From Squalus acanthias (Eukaryota): a stretch of DNA of 64,000 nt. The position numbers and the translations under genes are program-made. Location of the stretch: the NCBI GenBank assembly GCA_030390025.1, contig CM059432.1, forward strand, positions 62,622,001-62,686,000, given 5' to 3'. This document shows, piece after piece, positions 25,040-35,319 of the stretch (positions are counted from its first letter, which is position 1; every line of letters begins with the position of its first letter). The notes under the pieces were generated by a model that saw only the letters and a list, made by a program, of their open reading frames with translations, did no database searches and was not told the origin of the DNA.

Positions 25040-25233
25040 TGTGGTAACACAATACAGCTTCCTGTGACTCGAACTTTATTGCATCACTTCCTGTGATTAG
25101 TCCAGGATAAATACTGGACTGAGCAGTTGGATCCTGGAGAGGCATAGAGTAAGACCTCTTTTGTATGTAGCACCTTTTTAGTTGATTAAAGCTTACTTTA
25201 AGTTCACCACGCGTAAGGCTCATTCTTACGACA
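25040..25233 (+). repeat. 5' LTR (194 bp)
   Basis: TGTGGTAAC...TTACGACA; TATA-like GATAAATA at 25106 and ATTAAA at 25185; identical to the 3' LTR by eye. Confidence 0.97.
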
Positions 25234-25311
25234 ATTTAATCAACTTTGAAAAACTTCGCACTCAAACTTTTTGGACGAACTCGGAACTAAGGATCCAGGG
25301 AATCACCCATC

Positions 25312-28300
25312 ATGGAAAACATCCTTAAACCATCGCGTCTTGACTTGGACCCAAACACCCCAGCAGCCGGTAAGGTGTGGAAACACTGGTATCGCACGTT
25401 TGACAATTTTCTCGAATATTGCAAGGCTGATGATGACACAAAGTTGCGGATACTCATCAACTGTGTCACTCCGAATGTATTTCAGTATGTTGAGGAATGG
25501 GGCAGTTACGAGGAGGCAATTCGGACGCTTAAAAGACTATATACTAAGACACCGAATGAGGTCTATGCCAGACATCTACTAGCTACAGCCCAACAAGGGC
25601 CGGAGGAATCCATTGATAAATTCCTCCAAGAGCTTCGCAGACTTAGTATGGACTGTAACTTTCAGGCGGCCTCAGCTGAGCTGTACCGTGAAGAAATGAT
25701 CCGTGATGCTTTCATCTGCGGGCTTGCCTCCCCATTTATACGCCAGCGTCTACTGGAAAGTAAGACACTTGAGCTTCAGAGAGCTTATGACATGGCTTGC
25801 TCTCTAGATCTGGCAAAAAGAAATGCAGACCTTTATACAGTGCCCAGACCTCGGTCTGCTGCCTTAACTACAGTCAGGCAATTTAAGAGGCCACAGGTGA
25901 ACTCTATTAGGGAGGACTTTATCCCTGACGATCAATCTGATGACTTCACTGATGAAGAGGATGATGACCCCACTGTGGCAGCCTCTTGGCAATCTAAGAA
26001 ATGCTTCTTTTGTGGTGATGAGTTTCACCCTCGGAAATTCTGCCCTGCTCGCAATGCGTTTTGCAGTCATTGCAACAAAAAGGGTCATTTTGCAAAGGTT
26101 TGCCTATCAAGAGCCTCTACGAGGGCTTATCAAGCTAAGTCCTACCGAACTGCCCCAGTAAGGGCCTATCAAGATGTTCCGGCTAAAATCTATCGTGCTT
26201 CCTCTCGGGTTTTCTCTCGAAGAAACACACCTAGAGTTTCAGCCACTCTTTGTGCAACGACACCAATTACAGCTGCTTGTCCTCAGAACCTATTCCATGC
26301 AGCTACAAAAGCATCAATTAATGGACATACTTTAGATGCCTTAATTGACTCAGGTAGCACTGATAGTTTCATTAGGGAACAGATTGTTGCAGAGTTAAAG
26401 CTACATGTTTTCCCATCGGACCAGGCAATTGCGATGGCTCAGTCATCACTTAATACCAGAATTTCTGGCTTTTGTATGGTTGAAATAACACTTAATGGTC
26501 GCAGGTATCCCTCCACCCGGCTTTCGGTGCTCAAGGACTTATGTAGTGATCTTATCTTAGGGCTGGATTTTCAAAAGCAGCATAAGAAGCTCACCATTGA
26601 GTTCGGCGGATCCAAACCTGAACTCACTATTTCTAATATACGACCTCGATTACCGTTCTGTGCATTGTCAGCAGCTTCACTGGATGAACCCTCACTGTTT
26701 ACCAGTATCCCTCCTCGATGCAAACCGATTATAACAAAGTCACGACGTTTCAGTCAGGAAGACCAGTCTTTTATTGCGGCTGAGATTTCTCGGCTTTTAG
26801 CAGAGGATATCATCGAGCCTTGTTCGTCGCCATGGCGCGCCCAGGTCGTTATTGTTAAGAACCCTCTACAACCTCACAAGAAACGGCTGTGCATTGACTA
26901 TTCACAGACCATCAATCAATATACGGACTTGGACGCATACCCATTGCCGCGCATCGATGATATGGTTAATAAACTGGCTGAGTACACGGTGTTCTCAACA
27001 TATGATCTGAAAAGTGCCTATCATCAGGTACCCTTGAAGGTCTCAGACAAGCAGTATACGGCCTTTGAAGCCAATGGACGGCTGTATCAATTTTGTCGCC
27101 TCCCCTTTGGGGTCACTAATGGAGTGGCTGTCTTCCAGCGAGCAATGGATGACCTGGTCAAACAGGAAGACTTGAAGGATACGTTTCCTTATCTGGACAA
27201 TATTACTGTCGCAGGTCGCAATCAGCGGGAACATGACGCCAATCTCCAACGATTTTGGGATGCACTCCAGCACCGTAATTTGACATTAAATGCGGCTAAA
27301 TCCATTGAGTCACAACCAACCATCAACATCCTTGGCTATTGTGTGGGCAATGGCATCATTAAACCTGACCCTGAAAGGCTTCGCCCACTCCAAGAGCTCC
27401 CGCCACCTAAGAATCCGGCCTCCTTGCGCCGGGCCCTCGGCCTGTTTGCATACTATGCTAAATGGATTCCTAACTACTCGGACCGAATCCAACCTCTACT
27501 GAAGGCCAGCACATTCCCACTAGACACAGCGGCTGTTGCAGCCTTTAACCTCCTGAAAAAACAGTTGGAGAAAGCGGCTCTTCACTCCATCGATGAGAGT
27601 CTTCCTTTTGTTGTTGAGTGTGATGCTTCGGAGGTGGCGATCTCGGCCACTCTGAATCAGGAAGGTCGTCCGGTGGCATTTTTGTCCAGGACTTTTCAAG
27701 GGGCTGAGCTACATTATCCTCCAGTCGAGAAAGAAGCTACAGCCATCATAGAGGCAGTACGGAAGTGGACTCATCTCCTAGCTCGCCAGCACTTTACCTT
27801 AATCACGGACCAGCGATCGGTCGCCTTCATGCTCGATAATCGAAAACGGACCAAAATTAAAAATAATAAAATCCAGCTTTGGCGGCTGGAATTGGCCTCT
27901 TTTGGTTACACCATCCACTATCGACCTGGCAAGGAGAATGTGGCTCCGGATACCCTCACACGAGCATTCTGCTCCGCCATGGCACCCTCTACGCTCATAG
28001 ACATCCATGATGGGTTGTGTCATCCGGGCGTTACTCGCATGCTACACTTCGTGCGGTCCCGAAATCTCCCATTCTCTACCGGGGATGTAAAGAAGATGTG
28101 CTCGGACTGCAGAGTCTGTGCGGAATTGAAACCTCAGTTTTTCCGCCCCTCGGGTGGTATACTCATACATGCGACCCAGCCAATGCAACGGCTTAGCATC
28201 GATTTTAAGGGGCCGTTGCCCTCTTCAACTCGCAACACTTATCTATTGACCATGGTCGATGAGTATTCCCGTTTTCCGTTTGCCTTTCCCTGCCCCAATA

Positions 28301-29268
28301 TGCTGACGACCACGGTTATCAGCTGCCTTGAGCAGGTTTTTGCTTTCTGTGGCATGGCATCCTATGTTCATTCGGATCGGGGCCCTTCTTTTATGTCAGG
28401 AGAACTCAAGGCCTATCTCTCGGAACGGGGTATTGCTGCCAGCAGAACGACGCCTTATCATCCGGTCGGGAATGGGCAAGTCGAGCGTTTTAACGCTATC
28501 ATCTGGAATGCGGTACGTCTGGCTTTGAGATCTCGGGGCCTACCCAACCAGCAATGGGAAGCAGTACTTCCAGACGCATTACACTCCACACGGTCCCTCC
28601 TTTCGACCGCCACAAATACGACGCCTCATGAACGGTTCTTCCGATTTCAGCGTCGCTCATCCTATGGGATATCTCTCCCGTCGTGGCTGACTGCACCGGG
28701 ACCAGTGCTACTCCGAAGATATGTCCGGGCGTCTAAGAATGACCCCCTGGTAGATGAGGTTGAGCTCACTGACGTCAACCCTACCTACGCCTATATTCGG
28801 TATCCTGACGGTCGGGAATCTACCGTGTCATTGCGGGATCTGGCTCCCTGCCCGCCGAAACATAGAGGGACACCAGGGGATGATATTGTACCAGGCACAT
28901 CTCTGGGCTCGCCAGGTGCCTCTCATCACGATCTGGATCTGACGCCGGCTGGTACCTCACTCCAGCGTGCCGACCTGGGGCAGACTGACTATGAGCCCGT
29001 CGGGGCTCGCACGCGCAGCCACGATCCACCCCGTACCATACGCTCGGAAACGGATCTGCCACAGCCCTGCCCGACACCCGTTCGGGCACCAGTACACAGT
29101 CAGGATCGTCCTGACCCCTCACAGAGCGGGCTGGATCACTCGGACTCTGGTCCACGGCCCGCGGCGGGTAAACGGGCTAGGGGCCCTCTACCGCTACGAG
29201 AACCCAAACGGGTGCGGCTCTCCCTCGTCCGGCGGCTACGAAATGGAGGGAGCATCCCGGCCTCCTAA
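25312..29268 (+). CDS. Gypsy gag-pol polyprotein (1318 aa)
   Basis: Two CCHC knuckles (CFFC..H..C, CSHC..H..C), protease LIDSGS, RT (DLKSAYHQ, LPFG, YLDN), RNase H (CDAS, EKE, TDQ), integrase HHCC + D,D35E (IDF, HSDRG, NGQVER); Gypsy domain order. Confidence 0.97.
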   Translation: MENILKPSRLDLDPNTPAAGKVWKHWYRTFDNFLEYCKADDDTKLRILINCVTPNVFQYVEEWGSYEEAIRTLKRLYTKTPNEVYARHLLATAQQGPEESIDKFLQELRRLSMDCNFQAASAELYREEMIRDAFICGLASPFIRQRLLESKTLELQRAYDMACSLDLAKRNADLYTVPRPRSAALTTVRQFKRPQVNSIREDFIPDDQSDDFTDEEDDDPTVAASWQSKKCFFCGDEFHPRKFCPARNAFCSHCNKKGHFAKVCLSRASTRAYQAKSYRTAPVRAYQDVPAKIYRASSRVFSRRNTPRVSATLCATTPITAACPQNLFHAATKASINGHTLDALIDSGSTDSFIREQIVAELKLHVFPSDQAIAMAQSSLNTRISGFCMVEITLNGRRYPSTRLSVLKDLCSDLILGLDFQKQHKKLTIEFGGSKPELTISNIRPRLPFCALSAASLDEPSLFTSIPPRCKPIITKSRRFSQEDQSFIAAEISRLLAEDIIEPCSSPWRAQVVIVKNPLQPHKKRLCIDYSQTINQYTDLDAYPLPRIDDMVNKLAEYTVFSTYDLKSAYHQVPLKVSDKQYTAFEANGRLYQFCRLPFGVTNGVAVFQRAMDDLVKQEDLKDTFPYLDNITVAGRNQREHDANLQRFWDALQHRNLTLNAAKSIESQPTINILGYCVGNGIIKPDPERLRPLQELPPPKNPASLRRALGLFAYYAKWIPNYSDRIQPLLKASTFPLDTAAVAAFNLLKKQLEKAALHSIDESLPFVVECDASEVAISATLNQEGRPVAFLSRTFQGAELHYPPVEKEATAIIEAVRKWTHLLARQHFTLITDQRSVAFMLDNRKRTKIKNNKIQLWRLELASFGYTIHYRPGKENVAPDTLTRAFCSAMAPSTLIDIHDGLCHPGVTRMLHFVRSRNLPFSTGDVKKMCSDCRVCAELKPQFFRPSGGILIHATQPMQRLSIDFKGPLPSSTRNTYLLTMVDEYSRFPFAFPCPNMLTTTVISCLEQVFAFCGMASYVHSDRGPSFMSGELKAYLSERGIAASRTTPYHPVGNGQVERFNAIIWNAVRLALRSRGLPNQQWEAVLPDALHSTRSLLSTATNTTPHERFFRFQRRSSYGISLPSWLTAPGPVLLRRYVRASKNDPLVDEVELTDVNPTYAYIRYPDGRESTVSLRDLAPCPPKHRGTPGDDIVPGTSLGSPGASHHDLDLTPAGTSLQRADLGQTDYEPVGARTRSHDPPRTIRSETDLPQPCPTPVRAPVHSQDRPDPSQSGLDHSDSGPRPAAGKRARGPLPLREPKRVRLSLVRRLRNGGSIPAS

Positions 29269-29286
29269 TCTTTTTGGGGGGGAGAA

Positions 29287-29480
29287 TGTGGTAACACAAT
29301 ACAGCTTCCTGTGACTCGAACTTTATTGCATCACTTCCTGTGATTAGTCCAGGATAAATACTGGACTGAGCAGTTGGATCCTGGAGAGGCATAGAGTAAG
29401 ACCTCTTTTGTATGTAGCACCTTTTTAGTTGATTAAAGCTTACTTTAAGTTCACCACGCGTAAGGCTCATTCTTACGACA
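29287..29480 (+). repeat. 3' LTR (194 bp)
   Basis: Identical to 25040-25233; preceded by the PPT. Confidence 0.97.
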
Positions 29481-29904
29481 GGTAGGTTTTAAGGAGTATC
29501 TTAGAGGAGGAGAGAGAGGCAGAGAGGTGTTGGGAGGAAATTTCAAAGCTCAGAGCCTAGGCAGCTGAAGGCACGGCTGCTAATGGAGGGGCGAAGGAAA
29601 TTGCGGATGCACAAAACGGCAGAATTGGAGGAATGCAGAGTTCTCGGAGGGATGTAGGGCTGGAGGAGATTACAGAGATAGGGAGGGGCGAGGCCATGGA
29701 GGAATTTGAACACGAGGATGAGAATCTTTAATTTGAGGCGTCGCTGGACCGGGAGCCAATGTAGGTCAGTGAGCACAGGGGCGATGGGTGAATGGGATGG
29801 TGCGAGTCAGGATACGGGCAGCAGAGCTTTGGATGAGCTGAAGTTTACTGAGGGTGGAAGATGGAAGGCTGGCCAGGAGAGCATTGGAGTAGTCAATCAC
29901 CCAC

Positions 29905-30420
29905 ACTGCTGCTGAAACTTTCATCTACAGCTTTATCACCTCCATGTTGAGCTTCTCTAGTGCACTCCTCGCTGGCCTCTATTCTTCACCCTACACAAAT
30001 CTGAAGTCTGCTATTTGCGCCCTATCCTGCACTAAGTCCCACTCATCACCCCTGTCCTCATTGAACTCCACTGGCCCTTTGTCCCCGGGGTATTGATCTT
30101 CCTTGTTTACAAATCTTCCCATGGCCTCTTCCCACACTACTACTGCAAGATTCCCCAGCCAAATGTCCCAGTTAGCACCCTCTAATCCCGCAACTCCGGT
30201 TTATTGTGCACTCCAACCCTCTACTCCACTATTGGTGGAAGAGACTTCAGTCATCACACTTTGCACTCTGGAATTCTCTTGCTGCACCCTTGTACCTTAC
30301 TACACCGCTCCCAGTTTCAAAATGCACCTCTTCAATAATTCTTCTCCTAACTCCTGCTCAGTGTCTAGTCCACTTTATTTTGCTATGTTAAAGATGTAAT
30401 TTAAGTTCAAGTTGTAGTTA
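29905..30420 (+). mobile_element. Old L2 LINE 3' fragment, inverted relative to the adjacent L2
   Basis: Degenerate nucleotide match to the L2 copies at 35320-35825 and 12252-12945. Confidence 0.55.
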
Positions 30421-31424
30421 TTGATCTCAAGTGAGAAGAATGATTATTTAATAGGTCCACTATGTTTGTTCTATATTTTAGCACTGCAATATGATCTCAG
30501 CTACTGGAATGGTTTCCTGTGGACCAATATGTGGAGGCAAATTTATGATATTTTGAAGTCTGTTACCAGAAGAAATTAAACCCTTAAGTGTCACTTGAGA
30601 GTGGAGTTCAAGCCTAGCTTACTCAAAGCTTTAAGCTACCACTTTGTACTGTTATGATTGCAAAGGGTTGGAAGTGAGACCAGGGATCTCTGGCAAAAAC
30701 TATGCAGAGTACTACAGAGCTCGAAAGTTGGATGAATTAGCTTGGACTCTATTTGTCCTTTAAGGGACTTTTACGGTTGATGGGATTTCAATAATTTCAT
30801 GCCAGTTTGAAAATAAATCTGTTTATAAAGATTGTGCTACTTTTCTGAATTTTGATAACCTTGTGAAGAAAAGCAGGCCTTAGCAATAAAAATATTGCTT
30901 GGAGGAGTGTGTTGCAAACATTAGAAGAGGGGCATGCCAAAAGCCACCTGTATAAATATCCAGAACCATCACATCAACATAAATGAATTTAATCAAAGTA
31001 TTCTTAATTAGAAAGTGAATCTTGGATACACTATGCTAAAATCTCATTTGGGTTTATGCAGCAAAAAAATACATGTGCGGGTATACAAGTTGTAGGCTAA
31101 ATTCATGCTGTTGGACATTTTCTCATTTGCATTATTTATTGAGGTGCAAGTACAAGAACTACCTTCCTAACTGCCAGTCCTAAAACCCCTGGAATTTCTG
31201 CACTTAACCTTGTGATAATAATATATTTAAATAATTTATTACCGGAATCATTTAAAATTTCTAGCTATGGCTCACCAGATACTTACAGATGCGGCAGGAT
31301 ATTCTGCCCATCTTAATTTATCCATCCAGAGCAACCCTGCACTCCACCTATTGCTGCATCAAATTGTTTCTTAAATGATTCCAGGGGATTTACATCCACC
31401 ACTCTTCCCAAAAGTCTATTTTTT

Positions 31425-31700
31425 TTATTTGTTCCTGGGATGTGGGCGTCGCTGGCAAGGCCAGCATTTATTGCCCATCCCTAATTGCCCTCGAGAAGGT
31501 GGTGGTGAGCCGCCTTCTTGAAACACTGCAGTCCGTGTGGTGTTCAAGTGTCGATCACTCTTCGTTTTCTCATTTGTTCTTGGGATATGCCCATTCCTAG
31601 TTTCCCTGAGTGCATTAAGAGTCAACCACCTAGTGTGGGACTGGAGTCACATGTAGGCCAGACCAGGTAGGGGTGACATTAGTGAACCAGTTAGGTTTTT
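31425..31700 (-). mobile_element. Non-LTR LINE 3' end fragment
   Basis: GGATGTGGGCGTCGCTGGC..CCCTAATTGCCCTCGAGAAGGTGGTGGTGAGC, a 3' end I recognise as common in elasmobranch LINEs; clade uncertain. Confidence 0.55.
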
Positions 31701-32090
31701 ACAAAAATCTAGCATCTGTCATGGTCATTTTATTTGGTCCCTGCCCACAAATCACCAGATTTATTGAAATTAATTTCACAACTTTCTATGTGTGGGATTT
31801 GAGCTCCTGATCTCTGGGTTGCTTGTCCAGTACCATAACCACTATTCTAACATACCCTTAACCCTGTGTAAAGAAGAACTTACTGATATCAGACCTAAAA
31901 TGACCTTTTACTAGTTTGTCCCACTCCCACACCTAAAAGTAGTATTCTTGATTAGCTTTTTCCACACCATTTTCTATATTATATACCTTGATAAGGTCAC
32001 TGCTCTGAAGCATCTTTTCCAGACTGAAAAGACCAGGCTTTTCCAGTATTTTCTTCATAATTGAGACCCTTGACATGGGGATCAGACCAT

Positions 32091-32969
32091 GGGCCTGCGA
32101 TTTTGCCAGTGCTCAGAGGGCGGGTTTGGAGGCGGGTCAGAGATTAAATTTGTTTTGATTGACGGTGGGTTCCGATCCCGCCATCAACTCGCCTCCAAAC
32201 AGCTTTCCCAAGTGTTGGGTCCCCGATTTGCGAATGGACCCGACACCTAGCGGCGGGAAGCGGATTAAAGGCAATTACCTGCCTATTAACAGGTACTTGC
32301 CAGTTGTTTTTAGCCTGTTTTTGGATTTTCCCGCTTCTGGGTCGGGTTTCCTGACATCCGGACACCATGGCAGGTAAGTGTGGCATGTTGTGAGTCTGCT
32401 GTAATGTTTGTTGAATGATGACAGCTGCAGAAGTGGTGTGAAGGATCCAATGTTGCACATGGTGAGTTTCAAAGGAAAGAAAATGTTGGGAACTGCATTT
32501 TTAATACATTTACAGATTTTTTTAGCTTACAAGTTTTTAAATCCATGTCCAGTGCCACCTCATTAGGAGAACCTCTCTCACCAGTGACAGATCGCTTCTG
32601 TCACCTCACCTGCAGCTGCCATCTATTTTAGCCTATGGAGGGAGTCATTGGAGAGTCTGGGTGCAAGAGGTCACCTTTGTGCAGTGATTGTCAGTGATTT
32701 CAGCATCTCAATGCTGTCAAACACTGAGAAATCAACTGTCAAAATAAAATTGTGCGTGGTCCCTTTAAAGAAACCGGCAGATGACGCGCCATCAAATGAC
32801 ATCATCAGACCCGCTTCCTGTTAATCGGCCGGCAAGCCCGCAGGGCAGGCTTAACAAGGTCAATCAAGGCAAAATCACGTCTGTGGAGCGGAAGCAGCTG
32901 GGGGCGGGACTGGAAGCCGGAAACCAGCTGACCCGCACTCAACCCACCTCCATTAATAAATCGCGGCCA
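32091..32969 (-). mobile_element. Harbinger-derived non-autonomous element (~880 bp)
   Basis: Ends GGGCCTGCGATTTT / AAATCGCGGCC; both ends homologous to element 39036-42102; near-colinear with 48248-49104. Confidence 0.75.
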
Positions 32970-33611
32970 TGGCTTTTCTCCAGTGTTTGAATGGGTCCCT
33001 TGTATCTTGGAAACCAGGATTCATTGGCACTAAATCTGTAAATAGATTTTAACACTGTGGTCTTACTGGTTGTCCCTGCTTCAGTTCCAGTTCGCCATTT
33101 GGCAGGTCCTGCGCTTCATAATCTATATTTATTGTTCATATTTCATGTGGAGCTAGAAACTTAAACTAACTCTGTGACTAGTGTTGAATTATTAAGAAGT
33201 AGCATTTTAGAGGCGGTATCTGGCCTTTTATCTAAATTCGAGCCCCATTTGTGGGCTATTTAAGATGGCAGCCAAATTGCTCTGGACAGAGATGATTGAC
33301 ATAAATGAATGGGGAGCATACAACGTCCTTTGCACATAATTGTTCTCATTAAAAATGCACAAAACCTATATTTATTCTAAAATGTTATAAAGAGTTGTTG
33401 TCATTTTGATGCTGCTTCTGGAATTCATAGCACACACGAGGGAAACTTATACATCTTTCCCAATCCTACTCATTTTTAGGATAAGTTCCATTTTCAACAA
33501 CCAAGTAGCAAGTATTCTTAATTTCTCTTCCATCTCTCCCTTTATTCTCTAATTATTTTTATATCTTTTGTGATAAACCTAATTGATATTTTTCTCTGAA
33601 TGGTTAACTAG

Positions 33612-33751
33612 ATCATTTTACTACAACATCTCAACAGAAGTTACTCACCTACTGAGTAAGACAGAGCATTTTTACTCCTACAACTGTCCACCAGGAACAA
33701 CCTGGACCGGACCCGATGGTGTAAAACATTCAAATTACACTTACAATCAAG
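33612..33751 (+). CDS. CLC gene exon G (luminal loop: SFYYNISTEV...YNCPPG...SNYTYNQ)
   Basis: ctAG acceptor and GTAATG donor; phase 2/1; C-P...YN motif preceding helix L, as in CLC-6/7. Confidence 0.85.
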
Positions 33752-33789
33752 GTAATGCTGGAACAAACTCTCCCAGAATTTTGGAAGGG

Positions 33790-34060
33790 GTGGATATTCA
33801 GTCCAGTGGCAGGGGCACAGTGGTGAATATTCCATCACACTCTTGACGAACCTTGTAGATGGCGGAGAAGCTTTGATGGGTCAGGAGATGAGACACTCAT
33901 CGTGGAATACTCAGTCACTGCCCTGCTCCTGTAGCTTTGTTGTTGATATGGCTGCTCCTGTTAAGCTTCTGGTCAATGGTGACCCCCAGGATGTTGATGG
34001 TGGGGAATTTCATGATGGTGCTGGTGTTGAAAGTCAGCTGGAGGTGTTTGGCCTTTTCAG
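33790..34060 (-). mobile_element. Non-LTR LINE ORF2 fragment
   Basis: PTINILGVTIDQKLN.SSHIN..AT.AGQ, an RT C-terminal/thumb motif. Confidence 0.6.
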
Positions 34061-34529
34061 TTAAGAACCAATTGGATACTACAAGGGGGGAGTCTTTAGG
34101 TTCTTTTTGGATGGATGAACTAAGCTGAGTCAAAAGGCCTTCCTCATCCATAATTATCTTGTGATCTTGCGATGAAAACGGACATTCTTGGCTCAACAAT
34201 ACCGCCATTTGGTTCTTAGTGCAGCTATTTGCATCATAATTTTAGTAGCAAAATATACTGGGTGCAAGATTTATATGAAATATAATAGTCAAAAATAGCT
34301 GCAAAAATCAAGGGGTCTATTATAGACTTCATATTGAAAACAATTACTTCACATAATTTTTAGTAGGTTTTGTTTTGTTCACTGTTATACATTTGCCTTG
34401 TTTTTCAATTTAATAATTTTCTTTTCTTTTCAAACTAGTTTAGATAGTTTACATGTTTTTGGTTTATTAATGAATTTACTTTTCATTCTTATATGTTTCC
34501 CTCTCCAGTTTTTAGTATTTATTTTAAAA

Positions 34530-34830
34530 TCTAGGCTGCAGTGCTGTACTAAGGGAATGCTGCACTTTCAGATGAGACGTTAAACCAAGATAAACATCTG
34601 CCCTTTCAGGTGGACATAAAAGATCCCACGACACTATTCGAAGAAGAGCAAGGGAGTTCTCCCAGTGTCCTGGGCAACATTTATCCCTCAACCAACACCA
34701 CCAAAAACAGATAATTCTGGCCATTTATATCTTTGGTGTTTGTGGGATCTTGCTGTATGCAAATTGGCTGCAGCATTTCCCTACATTACAACAGTGACTA
34801 CATTTTAAAAGTGCTTCATTGGCTGGCTGT
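34530..34830 (+). mobile_element. SINE body fragment (Deu-domain-like, same family as 55561-55890)
   Basis: GATGAGACGTTAAACC..AAGATCCC..GAAGAGCA..TTTATCCCTCAACCAACACCAC shared with 57320-57610; the latter part also shared with 55645-55830. Confidence 0.7.
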
Positions 34831-34999
34831 GAATCACATTAGAGGAAAGGTCCTCGACCTGGAACATTAACTCTGTTTCTCTCTGCACAAAAGCTGCCTG
34901 ACCTGCTGAGTATTTCCAGCATTTTCTGTTTTTGTTTCAGATTTCCAGCCTCCGCAGTATTTTGCTTTTGTCTTCCTAAACTGTTGTGTCTGTCTTCAG

Positions 35000-35171
35000 C
35001 TGCTGCACTTCTGGTTGAAAACGGGAAGAATGGAATTGTGTATCTCTTCAGAAGAGGGACACATGAAGAATTTGGATATGCTGCTCTCTTCACAGCCCTT
35101 ATTATTTACTACCTATTTTCTTGTTGGACATCCGGTACTGCTATGGCATGTGGACTTGTCATACCATTGCT
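35000..35171 (+). CDS. CLC gene exon H (AAALLVENGKNGIVYLFRRGTHEEF...AMACGLVIPLL)
   Basis: ttcAG acceptor and GTAAGA donor; phase 1/2; helices L-N with the GxFxP-equivalent GLVIP at 35152-35166. Confidence 0.93.
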
Positions 35172-35319
35172 GTAAGAAACCATTTTACTTCTGTAAACCT
35201 TTAATAGGGACTGGCTTTACCTGTGTAACTCTCTAATAAGGCCTACACATACTTGTGTATATCTTTGACAGAGCAACCTAAATCTTTGAATTATTACTTT
35301 ACTGCCAGTGGAAACGCAA

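Larger units (their letters stand above)
25040..29480 (+). mobile_element. Full-length Gypsy (Metaviridae) LTR retrotransposon, 4441 bp
   Basis: Identical TG...CA LTRs, 5-bp TSD GGTAG (25035-39 and 29481-85), PPT GGGGGGGAGAA at 29276-29286, single gag-PR-RT-RH-IN ORF. Confidence 0.98.
24946..29895 (-). mobile_element. L2 LINE 3' fragment split by the Gypsy insertion (24946-25039 and 29481-29895)
   Basis: Minus ORF LTDLHWLPVQRRLKLKILILVFK; flanks rejoin to AAAGAGGTAGGTTTTAAGG, matching the homologous L2 copy at ~35710. Confidence 0.85.

Noticed and set aside
24993..25223. 76-aa minus ORF repeated at 29177-29470
   Set aside because: Simply the antisense reading of the two identical LTRs; non-ATG start and no recognisable domain.
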